DNA of 63,761 nt, filler included, from Octopus bimaculoides (taxonomy: Eukaryota), in the NCBI RefSeq assembly GCF_001194135.2. It is 6 parts of 5 records of this genome, joined end to end, with 100 filler letters (N's around TTAATTAATTAA, not from the genome) between each part and the next. Parts side by side here need not be neighbours in the genome. Positions count along the whole stretch, not along the records: positions 1 to 2,702 come from NC_068985.1; positions 2,803 to 25,290 come from NC_068981.1; 4 more parts are not named here. One strand, given 5' to 3'. Position 1 is the first letter of the stretch. The number at the start of each line of letters is the position of its first letter. This document shows positions 1-10,765 of the stretch, one piece after another. The notes under the pieces are model-generated. The model made no database searches, was not told the DNA's origin, and saw only the letters and a program-made list of their open reading frames with translations. The translations under genes were made by a program, and so were the position numbers.

Positions 1-144
1 ATATATATATATATATATAATAACATAAATAATATATAAAGATATGCATATATCCATCCATATATGTACATACCTATATGTATACATAAATGCATGTATG
101 GGTACAGGACATCACACACATATATATATGTGTGTGTATATATA

Positions 145-191
<47 letters not shown>

Positions 192-504
192 GTGTGTGTG
201 TGACAAGAAATCTATATAGAGATAGATTTGCAAATCTCATCAGGTTACAGAGACCTGTGCACCCTAAGGTGGAATTTAGAATAGCAACAATCAAACTCAC
301 TCACCGCTAAGAAAAATTTCTAGAATAACATTAGCTACACTTTCTCCCAATTAGCACAAAGCGGTTACACACACACACACACAAACACACTCGCAAGTGC
401 ACATGCACACACACACACACACATATATATATATAAAAGCAGAAAATTAAGGGATCAATATAAAATCAGAAGCGAAAAGGAAATACACTATATAGCGGAA
501 AAAA

Positions 505-547
<43 letters not shown>

Positions 548-740
548 TGTGTGTGTGTGTGTGTATGTGTGTGTGTGTATTTGTGTGTATCTGTGTACAT
601 TTTCCCTTTCCGATAAGGTAAGATCAGCAAAATATTACTCCAGGCTGTTAGAGGTGAAAAGCATGTGTTCATAGCCTTAGGACTACTTGGAGACACTAGG
701 TGTGTTATAAAAACGTGCCTAGACCATATCTCTACTAGCG

Positions 741-890
741 CTGATGTGGCTCTCTGGTAAGAAGTTTGCTTCCCAATCACATAGTTCAGGATTCAATCGT
801 GTCATTACTATAGCCTCGGAGTAACTATAGGCTGGTGAGCGGATTTGGTGGACAGAAACAGAAAGAAGCACATCGTATATACATATATGT
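741..890 (+). mobile_element. tRNA-derived SINE (family A), degraded 5' half
   Basis: Matches head of the copy at 3010-3423 (gtggct..tggtaagaagtttgcttcccaatcacat..actatagcctcgg..ggatttggt..gaaa..gaaagaagc). Confidence 0.75.
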
Positions 891-1084
891 CATAATTTAG
901 AACAAACAGTAAAAGGTTATCATTATAGTAGTCGGAGTTTCAAATGTCGAAGCTGCGATACATTCTCGTCGGTTATTAATGTCAATAGACGCTATGTAAC
1001 GTAGTTCTTCGTTCCGACATTCGAAGTTCCGAGTACTACAATAACAACCTTTCACTATTTGTTCTAAACTATAACATATATATA
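880..1084. repeat. Long gapless inverted repeat (71-bp arms, 63-nt spacer), MITE-like or hairpin element
   Basis: 880-950 aligns to the reverse complement of 1014-1084 at 58/71 identity with no gaps. Confidence 0.85.
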
Positions 1085-1129
1085 ATCCTCTGATTATATA
1101 ATATCGAAGTCTCATTCTTTTGTTGTCAC

Positions 1130-1197
<68 letters not shown>

Positions 1198-1198
<1 letters not shown>

Positions 1199-1521
1199 GT
1201 TCAGTAGTTTTATTTTTATAACGTGCTTTCACTTCACTACCGAGCGCAGCTCTGTGCGCCTTGGGTATGTGCTGTGGTTTGCTGTGGTGCTCTTATGTTT
1301 ACTGTATTTAAAGTGCTTTGCGTAGAATGTGTGCAGTACCCAGTAGTGCAATTTTCTGTATGTTATATATATTTGTAAGTCCTGGTATTTTTGTTATGTA
1401 TTTGTCTGAATATTTTTATATTATACCTAAGGCACCTACTATGGTAGGAATTGTTTCTGTTTTTAGATTCCACATTCGAGTTATCTCTATTTCCAGGTCT
1501 TTGTATTTTGAAAGTTTTTCC

Positions 1522-1523
<2 letters not shown>
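1198..1523 (-). mobile_element. 5'-truncated RLE-clade (Dong/R4-like) non-LTR retrotransposon 3' end embedded in (AAT)n
   Basis: Minus strand reads MEKLSKYKDLEIEITRMWNLKTETIPTIVGALGII*KYSDK...IQKIALLGTAHILRKAL*, the EK..KY..L restriction-like endonuclease C-terminus; flanked by (TTA)n at 1131-1197 and 1524-1592. Confidence 0.8.
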
Positions 1524-1596
<73 letters not shown>

Positions 1597-1699
1597 CATA
1601 TATATATGTGTGTGTGTGTGTATGTGAGTATGTGTGCGCACGTGTGTGTGTGAGTGTGTGTTTGTGTGAGTGTGTGAGTGCGTGTGTGTGTGTGAGTGT

Positions 1700-1870
1700 G
1701 TGCGTCATTCTTTGTTCGCCACCACCGACTGACAACTGGTGTGTTAGTTTGTTTACGTTCCCGTAGTTAGCGGTTCAGCTAAAGTGAGGATGATTCGTTC
1801 GACCAAATGTTCTTCAAGGCATTGTTCCAGCAAGGCCGCTATCTAATGACTGAAACAGTTAAAAGATGAA
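1700..1870 (+). mobile_element. SINE family A, degraded 3' half (continuation of 741-890)
   Basis: Matches 3' half of the 3010-3423 copy: gtttacgttcccgta.ttagcggttc..ttccagca.ggccgc..aatgactgaaacag.taaaag. Confidence 0.7.
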
Positions 1871-2651
1871 ATGTATGAATCTATTAGTAGCTCATAAATT
1901 TAAATTATTTAGATTAAACGATATATATATTTTGTGTTTCTGTTATTAGGGAGTGACCATGCTGGGACACCGCCTTGAAGAAACTTTGTCGAATGAATCG
2001 ATATTACTACTTTTTCATTTTAACGCTTGCTACTTTGTCAGTAATCATCAAGCCTTCGTTATGGAACGCTGCTAATCCTGTCCATCTCCGATAAGAAAAG
2101 ACGAGGCATACATATCACGGGAAATAATTTTAACTGTTGTCTCCCTTTCATTATCCTTGCAAATTTTGTTAGAATTTGCATTCGTTATTCATTGATTAAT
2201 TTCTTGATGATTTCATGTGAGAAGGCTCGTGCACGTTCTGGTACAAATTTATAAATAAAATACACACGTATGTGCACATGCTCATCTATTCAAAATATGT
2301 TCGCACACACACACTGGCGCATTGAGGTGCATTAAGCATATTGTTCAGGCTTTAGTATGTGCACCTAATTCTGGAGTCTCACATATTTCGACGCCAAACT
2401 AGACCCACGGGTATGTGTGTGTGTGTGGGCGTGTGTGTATACTATAGGAATTAATTGTAATGCACAACATGAACGCTCACATATGACCGTTGATAACAAA
2501 TATAAAACTATATGATATTTATGAATGTTGATTTCCTACAATGCTACAGGAATATAAACTCTACAGCTTAAGTGGTATGCGGTGCAGAAACAAATTTTGT
2601 AGTCTACTATTCAATCTTATCCTCTATATTTGTGTTATGTTATCCTTATGC

Positions 2652-2698
<47 letters not shown>

Positions 2699-2902
2699 TA
2701 TANNNNNNNNNNNNNNNNNNNNNNNNNNNNNNNNNNNNNNNNNNNNTTAATTAATTAANNNNNNNNNNNNNNNNNNNNNNNNNNNNNNNNNNNNNNNNNN
2801 NNTGGAAAGAGAAACGCCTGACATATACACATACGCGCGCGTGCTCGCTCGCTTGCACACACCATCATGTATGCATTCATAAATACATAATGCACACACA
2901 CA

Positions 2903-2986
<84 letters not shown>

Positions 2987-3009
2987 ATACGTATGTATGT
3001 ATGTATAAT

Positions 3010-3423
3010 CTTTTTTTTTTACTCTTTACCTGTTTCAATCATTTGACTGCGGCCATGCTGGAACACCGCCTTTAGTCGAACAAGTCGACTCCAGGACTTA
3101 TTCTTTGTAAGCCTAGTACTTATTCTATCTGTCTCTTTTGTCGAACCGCTAAGTTACGGGGACGTAAACACACCAGCATCGGTTGTCAAGCGATGGTGGA
3201 GGGACAAACACAGACACACAAACACACACACACATATATATATATTTATATACATATATACGACGGGCTTCTTTTAGTTTCCGCCTACCAAATCCACTCA
3301 CAAGGCATTGGTCGGCCCGAGGCTATAGTAGAAGACACTTGCCCAAGGTGCCACGCAGTGGGACTGAACCCGGAACCATGTGGTTGGTAAGCAAGCTACT
3401 TAGCACACAGCCATTCCTGCGCC
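3010..3423 (-). mobile_element. tRNA-derived SINE family A, near full length (~410 bp, internal TA/TG microsatellite)
   Basis: Minus-strand head with A box TGGCTGTGTG.T and B-box-like GGTTCAGTCCC. Other full or partial copies near 9965-10130(+), 13170-13275(+), 16911-17061(-), 36150-36277(+), 42240-42430(-), 45735-46075(+), 47770-48215(-), 48278-48671(-), 49720-49900(+), 55920-55985(+). Confidence 0.9.
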
Positions 3424-3464
3424 TGTACGTACATACATACATACATACATACATACATACATAC

Positions 3465-4567
3465 GTATTAAGTCAAGTATGAAATTTGTAGTAAGGTATA
3501 TGGTAAACTTTGACAGTTGCTCATTATATTTTGAAAATCTTTATTTTTTGTTAGAAAGCTGACACATCTATTTCTTTATTCTAACTCATTTTGCACTTTA
3601 TAAAGTATTTTTAAATCGATTTTTGCTATTTTTGTTTTGAGATGGATAAGTCGGAAATTCGTACAGTTTTGAAATATGAGTTCTTTCTTGGAAATACAGC
3701 ATCACAGGCAGCTCGGAATATTAATGGACTATTTCATTCTAATGTTATTACACAGCAGACAGTATCAAATTGGCTTACAAAATTTCGTTCTGGTAACTTT
3801 GACCTCACAAATGAGCAACGCGGTCGACCAGAAACAAAGATGGATAATGACGAACTGAAAGCCACCATCGAGTCAGATCCTTCTCTCAAAGTGCCCGTGA
3901 ATTATCGTTGTTGTTTGGTGTTAGCAAGCAAACAATATTGACTCACTTAGTTCAACTCGGTAAAGTGAAAAAGTTGGATAACTGGGCTCCACATGAACAC
4001 AATGAAAATCAGAAACTGATACGTTTGGAACCCTGCATTATGCTACTTTCTTGTCATAAAAAATGAATAATTTTTGAATCGAATTATAACATGTGATGAG
4101 AAATGGATCCAATACGACAACTGTAAACGTTCAACACAATGGGTGGACAAAGACGAGCCACCAAAACACAGTCCAAAAAGCAAAATTCATCAAAAGAAGC
4201 TGATGGTGTGTGTTTTGTGGATGGCACAGGTGTGATCCATTATGATTTCATTAAACCTGGCTCATCAATCACGGCCGAAGTATACTCAAGCCAACTGGAT
4301 CAAATGATGCAGAAACTTACAAAAAAAAAAAAAACAGCCAAGATTAGTCGACAGATCCACTCCTATATCATTGCAAGACAACGCCAGACCACACATCGCA
4401 AAAATGACATTGGCGTAACTACAGTAGTTGGAGTTGGAAGTTCTCCAACATTCACCATACTCATCTGATCTTGTCCCCACTGACTACCATTTCTTCCAGA
4501 TAACTTCTTGACAGGAAAAAAATTTAATTCCGACGATGCTGTAAAATAGGCCTTCCAAGATACACAC

Positions 4568-4626
<59 letters not shown>

Positions 4627-4833
4627 CATACGAATGCGATTTTCGTCATCAGCAAGCAAAAACCTACATTTTTTGAAAATAATCTGGTGAAAATTTGATA
4701 TGCTTCAAGAGGTTGGAAGAAATTTAGCAAGATCTCACTCCTCCGTGTATGCAAAAAGATGGTAGGATCAATGTTGAAATGGTTTTGATCATTTAAGTCT
4801 TCTCAATCAAAGCTGACATGAGATTAGACAATA
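3465..4833 (+). mobile_element. Defective mariner DNA transposon
   Basis: 3642-3941 gives Mos1-type HTH (MDKSEIRTVLKYEF..TVSNWLTKFRSGNFDL..RGRP). Downstream frames give RIITCDEKW, KKLMVCV, HYDFIKPGSSITAEVYSSQL, DNARPH, SPYSSDLVPTDYHFF. Multiple frameshifts, CA microsatellite at ~4561-4630; ends uncertain. Confidence 0.9.
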
Positions 4834-4865
4834 ACAACAACAACATGTATAATTACAACACCCAA

Positions 4866-5203
4866 GGCGCATGGCTCAGTGGTTAGAGTGTCAAGCTCAC
4901 AATCATAAGGTAGTGAGTTCGATTCCCGGACCGGGCTGTGTGTAGTGCTCTTGAGCAAGATACTTTATTTCAAGTTGCTCCAGTTCACTCAGCTGGTGAA
5001 ATGAGTTGCGACGTCCCTGGTGCCGAGTTTTATCAGCTTTTTGCCTTTCCCTTGGATAACGTCGATGGCATTGGAGAGGGGAGGCTGGTATGCATGGGCG
5101 ACTGCTGGTTTTCCATACACAACCCTGCGCGGACTTATGCCCCGGAGTGGGGTAACTTTCTAGGTGCAATCGCATGGTCATTCATGACTGAATGGGCTCT
5201 TTA
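4866..5203 (+). mobile_element. tRNA-derived SINE family C
   Basis: A box TGGCTCAGTGG and B box GAGTTCGATTCC, then cttgagcaag..ctttatttca.gttgctccagt..actcagctgg. Related pieces at ~15793-15915(-) and 51821-51970(+). Confidence 0.8.
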
Positions 5204-6069
5204 CCGTCACCTAATTACAACACTCACCAGAGATGCACCACTCTCATGTTGTATATACATACATATCCACACACATACGCATACACACACTCTCTCAGAC
5301 AACATATAAATGCATCAATGATGTTATCCATGACATACCCACCCAAAGCGCGCGCGCACACACACACACACACACACTATACACCTCCCCGCGAACACAA
5401 ATACATCACATACACCTAGAAACATTACCCTCAGCCTCTACGCAGTTGCTCGACGTGCTGGAAAAAAATCACGCACCAAGCGTCTTTAAAAAGGACTTAT
5501 TGGATAATGTGCAAATAGGAGAAAGACAGGATGGTCACGGATGGAATTCCTTTGACTATACATATACTTGGTTAGGTGTGACATAGGATTAAACAACAAC
5601 ACTAATTCACAATTACTATTTCGCACATAGTTTATACACTCACACATGCACATGCGCACACACGCACATACATACACGTGCACTACATACATACACGTAC
5701 GCTACATACACAAAAATCAGCGACGGAACTCACCTTGTTAGAAATAACAGCCAAATACCCCTTAAATCATACCTCAGGGTCACAAGGAAGATGGATATGT
5801 TCAATAATATAGTCTTAGATACAGATTGCTCATCAATTTTGATCATAGGCTCCATCAGTGAGAGCTTGCTTTGGGACAACATCAGCTGTTCACACGTCTC
5901 AATTACTAAATACCAAAATGAGCCAACGAAGAAGCGTCTGTTATGGCAACCTGTAGCCCGCGGAACTTTCTGAATGGAGGACCTAACACGAAAATTTATC
6001 TTGAATTTTTTAGTAGTGCGGCCTGCCTGATTATGAACCATGTCTCATTCTCGAAAATGACTGCCTCTG

Positions 6070-6270
6070 CCTACATGGTCACCTGGCCAGCAGGAAATAC
6101 CTGGTAAATCTTCCTCGAATCACGCTTTACTGTCATAGGAAAGGTCATGTTGGATAATGTGGAGCTGAGATTCCTGCTCAAAGGAAAAAAAGATGGGATG
6201 GTCCCAGCTCAAATGCCTTTCATCGTGGTTATGATCGATCGGTGCTGGTCTGGAACAAAACAAAAATAGC
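6070..6270 (+). repeat. Degenerate dispersed repeat, family E (AAC-tailed, SINE/LINE-3'-like)
   Basis: Shared core (gagcttctac.tggtc.ttcgac..gctagaaatagcag.caaat..ccctcaaatcacacc..ttggataatgtagtc.tagat..cctttgatcata..aaacaacaac) also seen near 5430-5600, 5715-5850, 13310-13525, 16590-16740, 24055-24225 (all +) and 34190-34400 (-). Confidence 0.65.
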
Positions 6271-6599
6271 GACGACGACGACCACCACCACCACCTCCTC
6301 AAAAACTGCATACAAACTAACAGCAGCAACACAACACACCAGGTATAATAAATATAACACTCACCCATTCACATATCACATGGACACATTATCCACGCGC
6401 AAGTCTATACACCCACAAACACTAAAATGGCTTTCGTTTTTAATTTTATGAATCAGCTGTTGCTATTCCACCTAATTTCAATTCCACCTACGTCTACAAA
6501 CATCTGAATGACTTTTTGACACATACACACCAATTGTTATCTTAACTCTATGATAAATAATTCATGAGGGTGTACGTAGAACACCTAGAATTCAGACAC

Positions 6600-6844
6600 T
6601 AACGTATCTATTCATTCTCAATACGTTCTGACAGATTCGAACGTTGAATATCCGATCACTGTTGCTTTCTATTGTCGGAGAGCACCCCACCCTCCCTTTA
6701 GGTGACGTGTGTTCACCGGGAATCACGTGTGCTACGAAAAAGCCATAGTCGCTTAAAGGGAGATTTTCTTCGATGATGAGTAACAACGATCGGATATGCA
6801 CGTTCGAATCTACCAGAACGTATTGAGACTGAATAGATACGTTA
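6600..6844. repeat. Inverted repeat (~58-bp arms, 130-nt spacer), MITE-like
   Basis: 6600-6657 (taacgtatctattcattctcaatacgttctgacagattcgaacgttgaatatccgatc) matches the reverse complement of 6788-6844 at ~90%. Confidence 0.85.
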
Positions 6845-7766
6845 ATGTGTGATACATCCATCCTTTCTTCAAACTGCCACATACTATCTGCTACATGACC
6901 ACCACCACCATCACCATCACCATCACCATCACCACCACCACCTCCTCCTCCTCCTCCTCCGCCTCACATGACCAACTCCACCACTAAAAAGTCAATGAAG
7001 GTAGCTCTATACAGTCAGGTGACTACATAATGTCGCTAGCAATTGCGGCCAACGTATCATATAANNNNNNNNNNNNNNNNNNNNNNNNNNNNNNNNNNNN
7101 NNNNNNNNNNNNNNNNNNNNNNNNNNNNNNNNNNNNNNNNNNNNNNNNNNNNNNNNNNNNNNNNNNNNNNNNNNNNNNNNNNNNNNNNNNNNNNNNNNNN
7201 NNNNNNNNNNNNNNNNNNNNNNNNNNNNNNNNNNNNNNNNNNNNNNNNNNNNNNNNNNNNNNNNNNNNNNNNNNNNNNNNNNNNNNNNNNNNNNNNNNNN
7301 NNNNNNNNNNNNNNNNNNNNNNNNNNNNNNNNNNNNNNNNNNNNNNNNNNNNNNNNNNNNNNNNNNNNNNNNNNNNNNNNNNNNNNNNNNNNNNNNNNNN
7401 NNNNNNNNNNNNNNNNNNNNNNNNNNNNNNNNNNNNNNNNNNNNNNNNNNNNNNNNNNNNNNNNNNNNNNNNNNNNNNNNNNNNNNNNNNNNNNNNNNNN
7501 NNNNNNNNNNNNNNNNNNNNNNNNNNNNNNNNNNNNNNNNNNNNNNNNNNNNNNNNNNNNNNNNNNNNNNNNNNNNNNNNNNNNNNNNNNNNNNNNNNNN
7601 NNNNNNNNNNNNNNNNNNNNNNNNNNNNNNNNNNNNNNNNNNNNNNNNNNNNNNNNNNNNNNNNNNNNNNNNNNNNNNNNNNNNNNNNNNNNNNNNNNNN
7701 NNNNNNNNNNNNNNNNNNNNNNNNNNNNNNNNNNNNNNNNNNNNNNNNNNNNNNNNNNNNNNNNNN

Positions 7767-8040
7767 AAGTGTACCCTTAACGTAGTTCTCGGGGATATTC
7801 AGCGTGACAGAGTGTGACAAGGCTGGCCCTTTGAATTACAGGCACAATAGAAACAGGAAGTAAGAGTGAGAGAAAGTTGTGGTGAAAGAGAACAGCAGGG
7901 TTCACCACCATCCCCTGCTGGAGCCTCGTGGAGCTTTTAGGTGTTTTCGCTCAATAAATACTCACAACGCCCGGTCTGGGAATCGAAACCGCGATCCTAT
8001 GACCGCGAATCCGCTGCCCTAACCACTGGGCCATTGCGGA
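7767..8040 (-). mobile_element. tRNA-derived SINE family D (3' end lost in gap)
   Basis: Minus-strand head cgcaaTGGCCCAGTGGttag...GGTTTCGATTCCcagacc; degraded copy near 55375-55500. Confidence 0.8.
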
Positions 8041-8073
8041 ACTGATACAGATATAAACAGCAACATGTAGGCA

Positions 8074-8350
8074 ATGAAATATCCGGAATGCAGAACCCTG
8101 AGAAACATCGAGTACATCAAATGGTACCATCACGTTTCCAACGAAGAACTGCGTGAGCGCACGCATCAACCCGCAGCTTCCCACCTCATAGCTATCCGTC
8201 ACATGCACCGATACGGGTATGTCCTCTACCTTCCATCAGATCATCCAACCTGGGTTTTACTCCCGCCCGTGGAAGAGGGCCTGTGGTAGGCCTCGCACCA
8301 GATGGCTGGACGTAATTAAGGAAGGTCTCCAGAGGCTCGACGTCATCTTG
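8074..8350 (+). mobile_element. RTE-type LINE C-terminal remnant
   Basis: LRNIEYIKWYHHVSNEELRERTHQP...HRYGYV and, after a frameshift, KRACGRPRTRWLDVIKEGL, typical RTE ORF C-terminus. Confidence 0.7.
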
Positions 8351-8574
8351 AAGAGCATAAAGTAGCAGTAAGCAAGATCTGTGGTTTGCACTGTAATGTC
8401 TGACCAGCAATTCATATCACAGAAAAAATATAAAGAATACAGATTAAGAGGCGCTATCTGCATGAAAAACAATAACCAAGTTAGTGTTAACGGAATTGAT
8501 TAAAAAAACATTAAAAAGCTAACTAGAAATAATTATGTGGTGAGGTATATATGCACTTAAAGCTTAGTAGTAGG

Positions 8575-9247
8575 TCTTAAAACGAACTACATGAAAAAGT
8601 ACATGCGGTCGGAAGACGTAGCATAAGGGCGAATAGAGGTGGAATGCAATGAAATCGAGGAGGTAAAGGAATACGTCTACTTAGGGCAAACAGTGAATAG
8701 GCACTGAGATATGGACGCTGAAATCTCAAAGAGAATAAGGGCAGGATGGAAGGCATTAACTTAATACAGGATGTACTCCAAATAAAGCTGGTCGGGACTT
8801 TACATGCCAGACTCTTCAATAGCTCTGTCCTACATGCGTTCTTATACGCAAGTCAGACCTGGGCTACTACGAAGAGGTTAGAAAATCGATTGGCTACGAC
8901 GCAAAGGGCCATGGAAAGATCCATGCTAGGAATATTATTAAGAGATCTAATTTGAGATGAGATAATTCGAGAACGGAACGGAGTGAACAATGTGATCACA
9001 GAGTACCGAAAGTACAAGTATTTCTCGGCAGGACGTGTCGCAAGGTTCACAGACAACAGGTTGACTCGTGCAGTTACCGAGTGGCATCTGAGAGATCAGA
9101 AAAGGCCACGACGATGGTAAAACGATTTAGTGAAGCAATTTGGGTCTCTATGTAAAAGAATGGCGCAATCAAGATAAAATTGGAAGCGCATTGTGACCAG
9201 CATTGTATAACAGCATCAGATGGTCTGGTCGATACTGTGATACTATG
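8575..9247 (+). mobile_element. RTE-clade LINE 3' fragment ending in (ATCT)n
   Basis: EIEEVKEYVYLGQ..EISKRIRAGWKA..RLFNSSVLHAFLYASQTW..TQRAMERSMLG..AGRVARFTDNRLTRAVTEW..KRPRRW; stops and frameshifts. Confidence 0.85.
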
Positions 9248-9316
<69 letters not shown>

Positions 9317-10139
9317 GAATCTATCTATCTATATGTCTGTCTGTCTGTCTGAAAATGTTTTCATTACATTTATATACACATGAAAAAGCATGCACACACG
9401 CATATCCTACACACACAAACACGCACAACCAGGCACTCTCATATTGAGAAAGATCAGCTGTATATTCTCTTTCTCACACATACTTCTATATGCATGCATA
9501 CATGCTTGCACTCACACACCATTTTCTGGAGATATTGCACTTGGAGTTGAATTCCTTGACAAATCAATGTTTTCGAGCATCCACTCACGTTAAACGTACA
9601 CGTACGCGCACGCACATGCACACACACACACACACACACATACACACACACACACGCACACACACAGATTTCCAAATATGATGGACACTAGCTGCTGGTA
9701 ATATATATTTCATACATTTTCTAATAACGCTATATCCAGATTCTCGTATTTAGATAGCTTGTCAGTCTCTTTAATTGAAATGTTACTATCACTGGGCATG
9801 ACAGAGACTCAGAGTAAAGTCTTGCATCGTTAGTCATTGATTACTATGCCAGGTCGGTTTGTAAATACTTGTCAGAATGATTCTGTATACACTAGGGGAT
9901 CGTTATTTCATGCCATTTCAGATACTTTTCTCGAAACTATTTTCGTGCCATTTATGTATATATAGGCACTGGCGTGGCTGTGTGGTTAGTAGTTTGTTCC
10001 CCAGCCTCATGGTTTCGGATTCAGTCCCACTGCGTGGAACCTTGTGCGAGTGGCTTCTACTATAGCTTCGGGCCGACCAAAGCCTTGTGAGTGGATTTGG
10101 TAGGTGGAAACCGAAAGAAGTCCGTCGTATTGAATCACT

Positions 10140-10179
10140 ACTGTCCGACAAACGGAAATGTGAAACTCTGAGTAGCAGT
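10140..10179 (+). ncRNA. Degenerate minimal type I hammerhead-ribozyme-like motif within a Penelope-type terminal fragment (~10131-10290)
   Basis: ACUGU-CCGACAA-ACG GAAA UGU-GAAAC-UCUGA-GUA-GCAGU: 5-bp stem I, core differs from CUGANGA at two positions (both transitions), near-palindromic stem III. Confidence 0.6.
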
Positions 10180-10377
10180 TTGTTTGTGATGTTTTTGTAG
10201 CTTTAATAAAAAAGCATATTACTCTGCCTCCGGTATTCGAGTACTATTTTTTCCCACCTTGTTTCACATTTATGTGCTTACTCTAGTATATATATNNNNN
10301 NNNNNNNNNNNNNNNNNNNNNNNNNNNNNNNNNNNNNNNNNNNNNNNNNNNNNNNNATATATATATATATATATATA

Positions 10378-10580
10378 GGGAGAATTCACAAAAACAACAA
10401 CAAAAGACGAAGGCAGGTGGTGTAGACAACAACCAGAAGTATTAGTTTAACGCTCGGGAAGTGAAAAAGTCTTTAACGTTTCGAGCCTACGCTCTTCCAC
10501 AGAGAGGAACATAGAAAGAAACAAGGAGAGAAAATAAAGAATGTGTAGTGGTTAGCGATCTATCATGACGAATGCCGGAC
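10378..10580 (-). mobile_element. Penelope-like pseudo-LTR fragment carrying a hammerhead-like motif (10471-10506)
   Basis: Minus strand CUCU-CUGUGGA-A-GAGC GUAG GCUC-GAAAC-GUU-AAAG; next to (TA)n. Same family at 39558-39655 and 54409-54548. Confidence 0.7.
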
Positions 10581-10720
10581 TATATGTGTGTGTGTGCGTG
10601 CGTGTGTGTGTGTATTTGTTTTTATGTTCAGTTATAATTAAAACAATTTTACATTAATCTGACGGGCTACTCTATATTTTTGTAGAGTACAAATTTAATA
10701 TTCTTATGTAAGTGTTGTTG

Positions 10721-10765
10721 ACAGTGACTTCGAAGTTTCGGCCGGCTAAGCTGTCATTGGACTGT
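10721..10765 (-). ncRNA. Degenerate minimal type I hammerhead-ribozyme-like motif
   Basis: ACAGU-CCAAUGA-CAGCUUAGCCGGCC-GAAAC-UUCGAA-GUC-ACUGU: perfect 5-bp stem I, perfect palindrome ACUUCGAAGU in stem III, GUC triplet; core and stem II decayed. Confidence 0.6.

Noticed and set aside
44-310. Many ORF-track entries rich in CV/HT/IY/YY/NN/X runs
   Set aside because: Translations of microsatellites and N gaps; no coding signal.
2747-2758. TTAATTAATTAA islands inside N gaps (also 25335-25346, 36094-36105, 46148-46159, 61569-61580)
   Set aside because: Identical 12-mer centred in ~100-bp gaps with stops in all six frames: an assembly linker, not biology.
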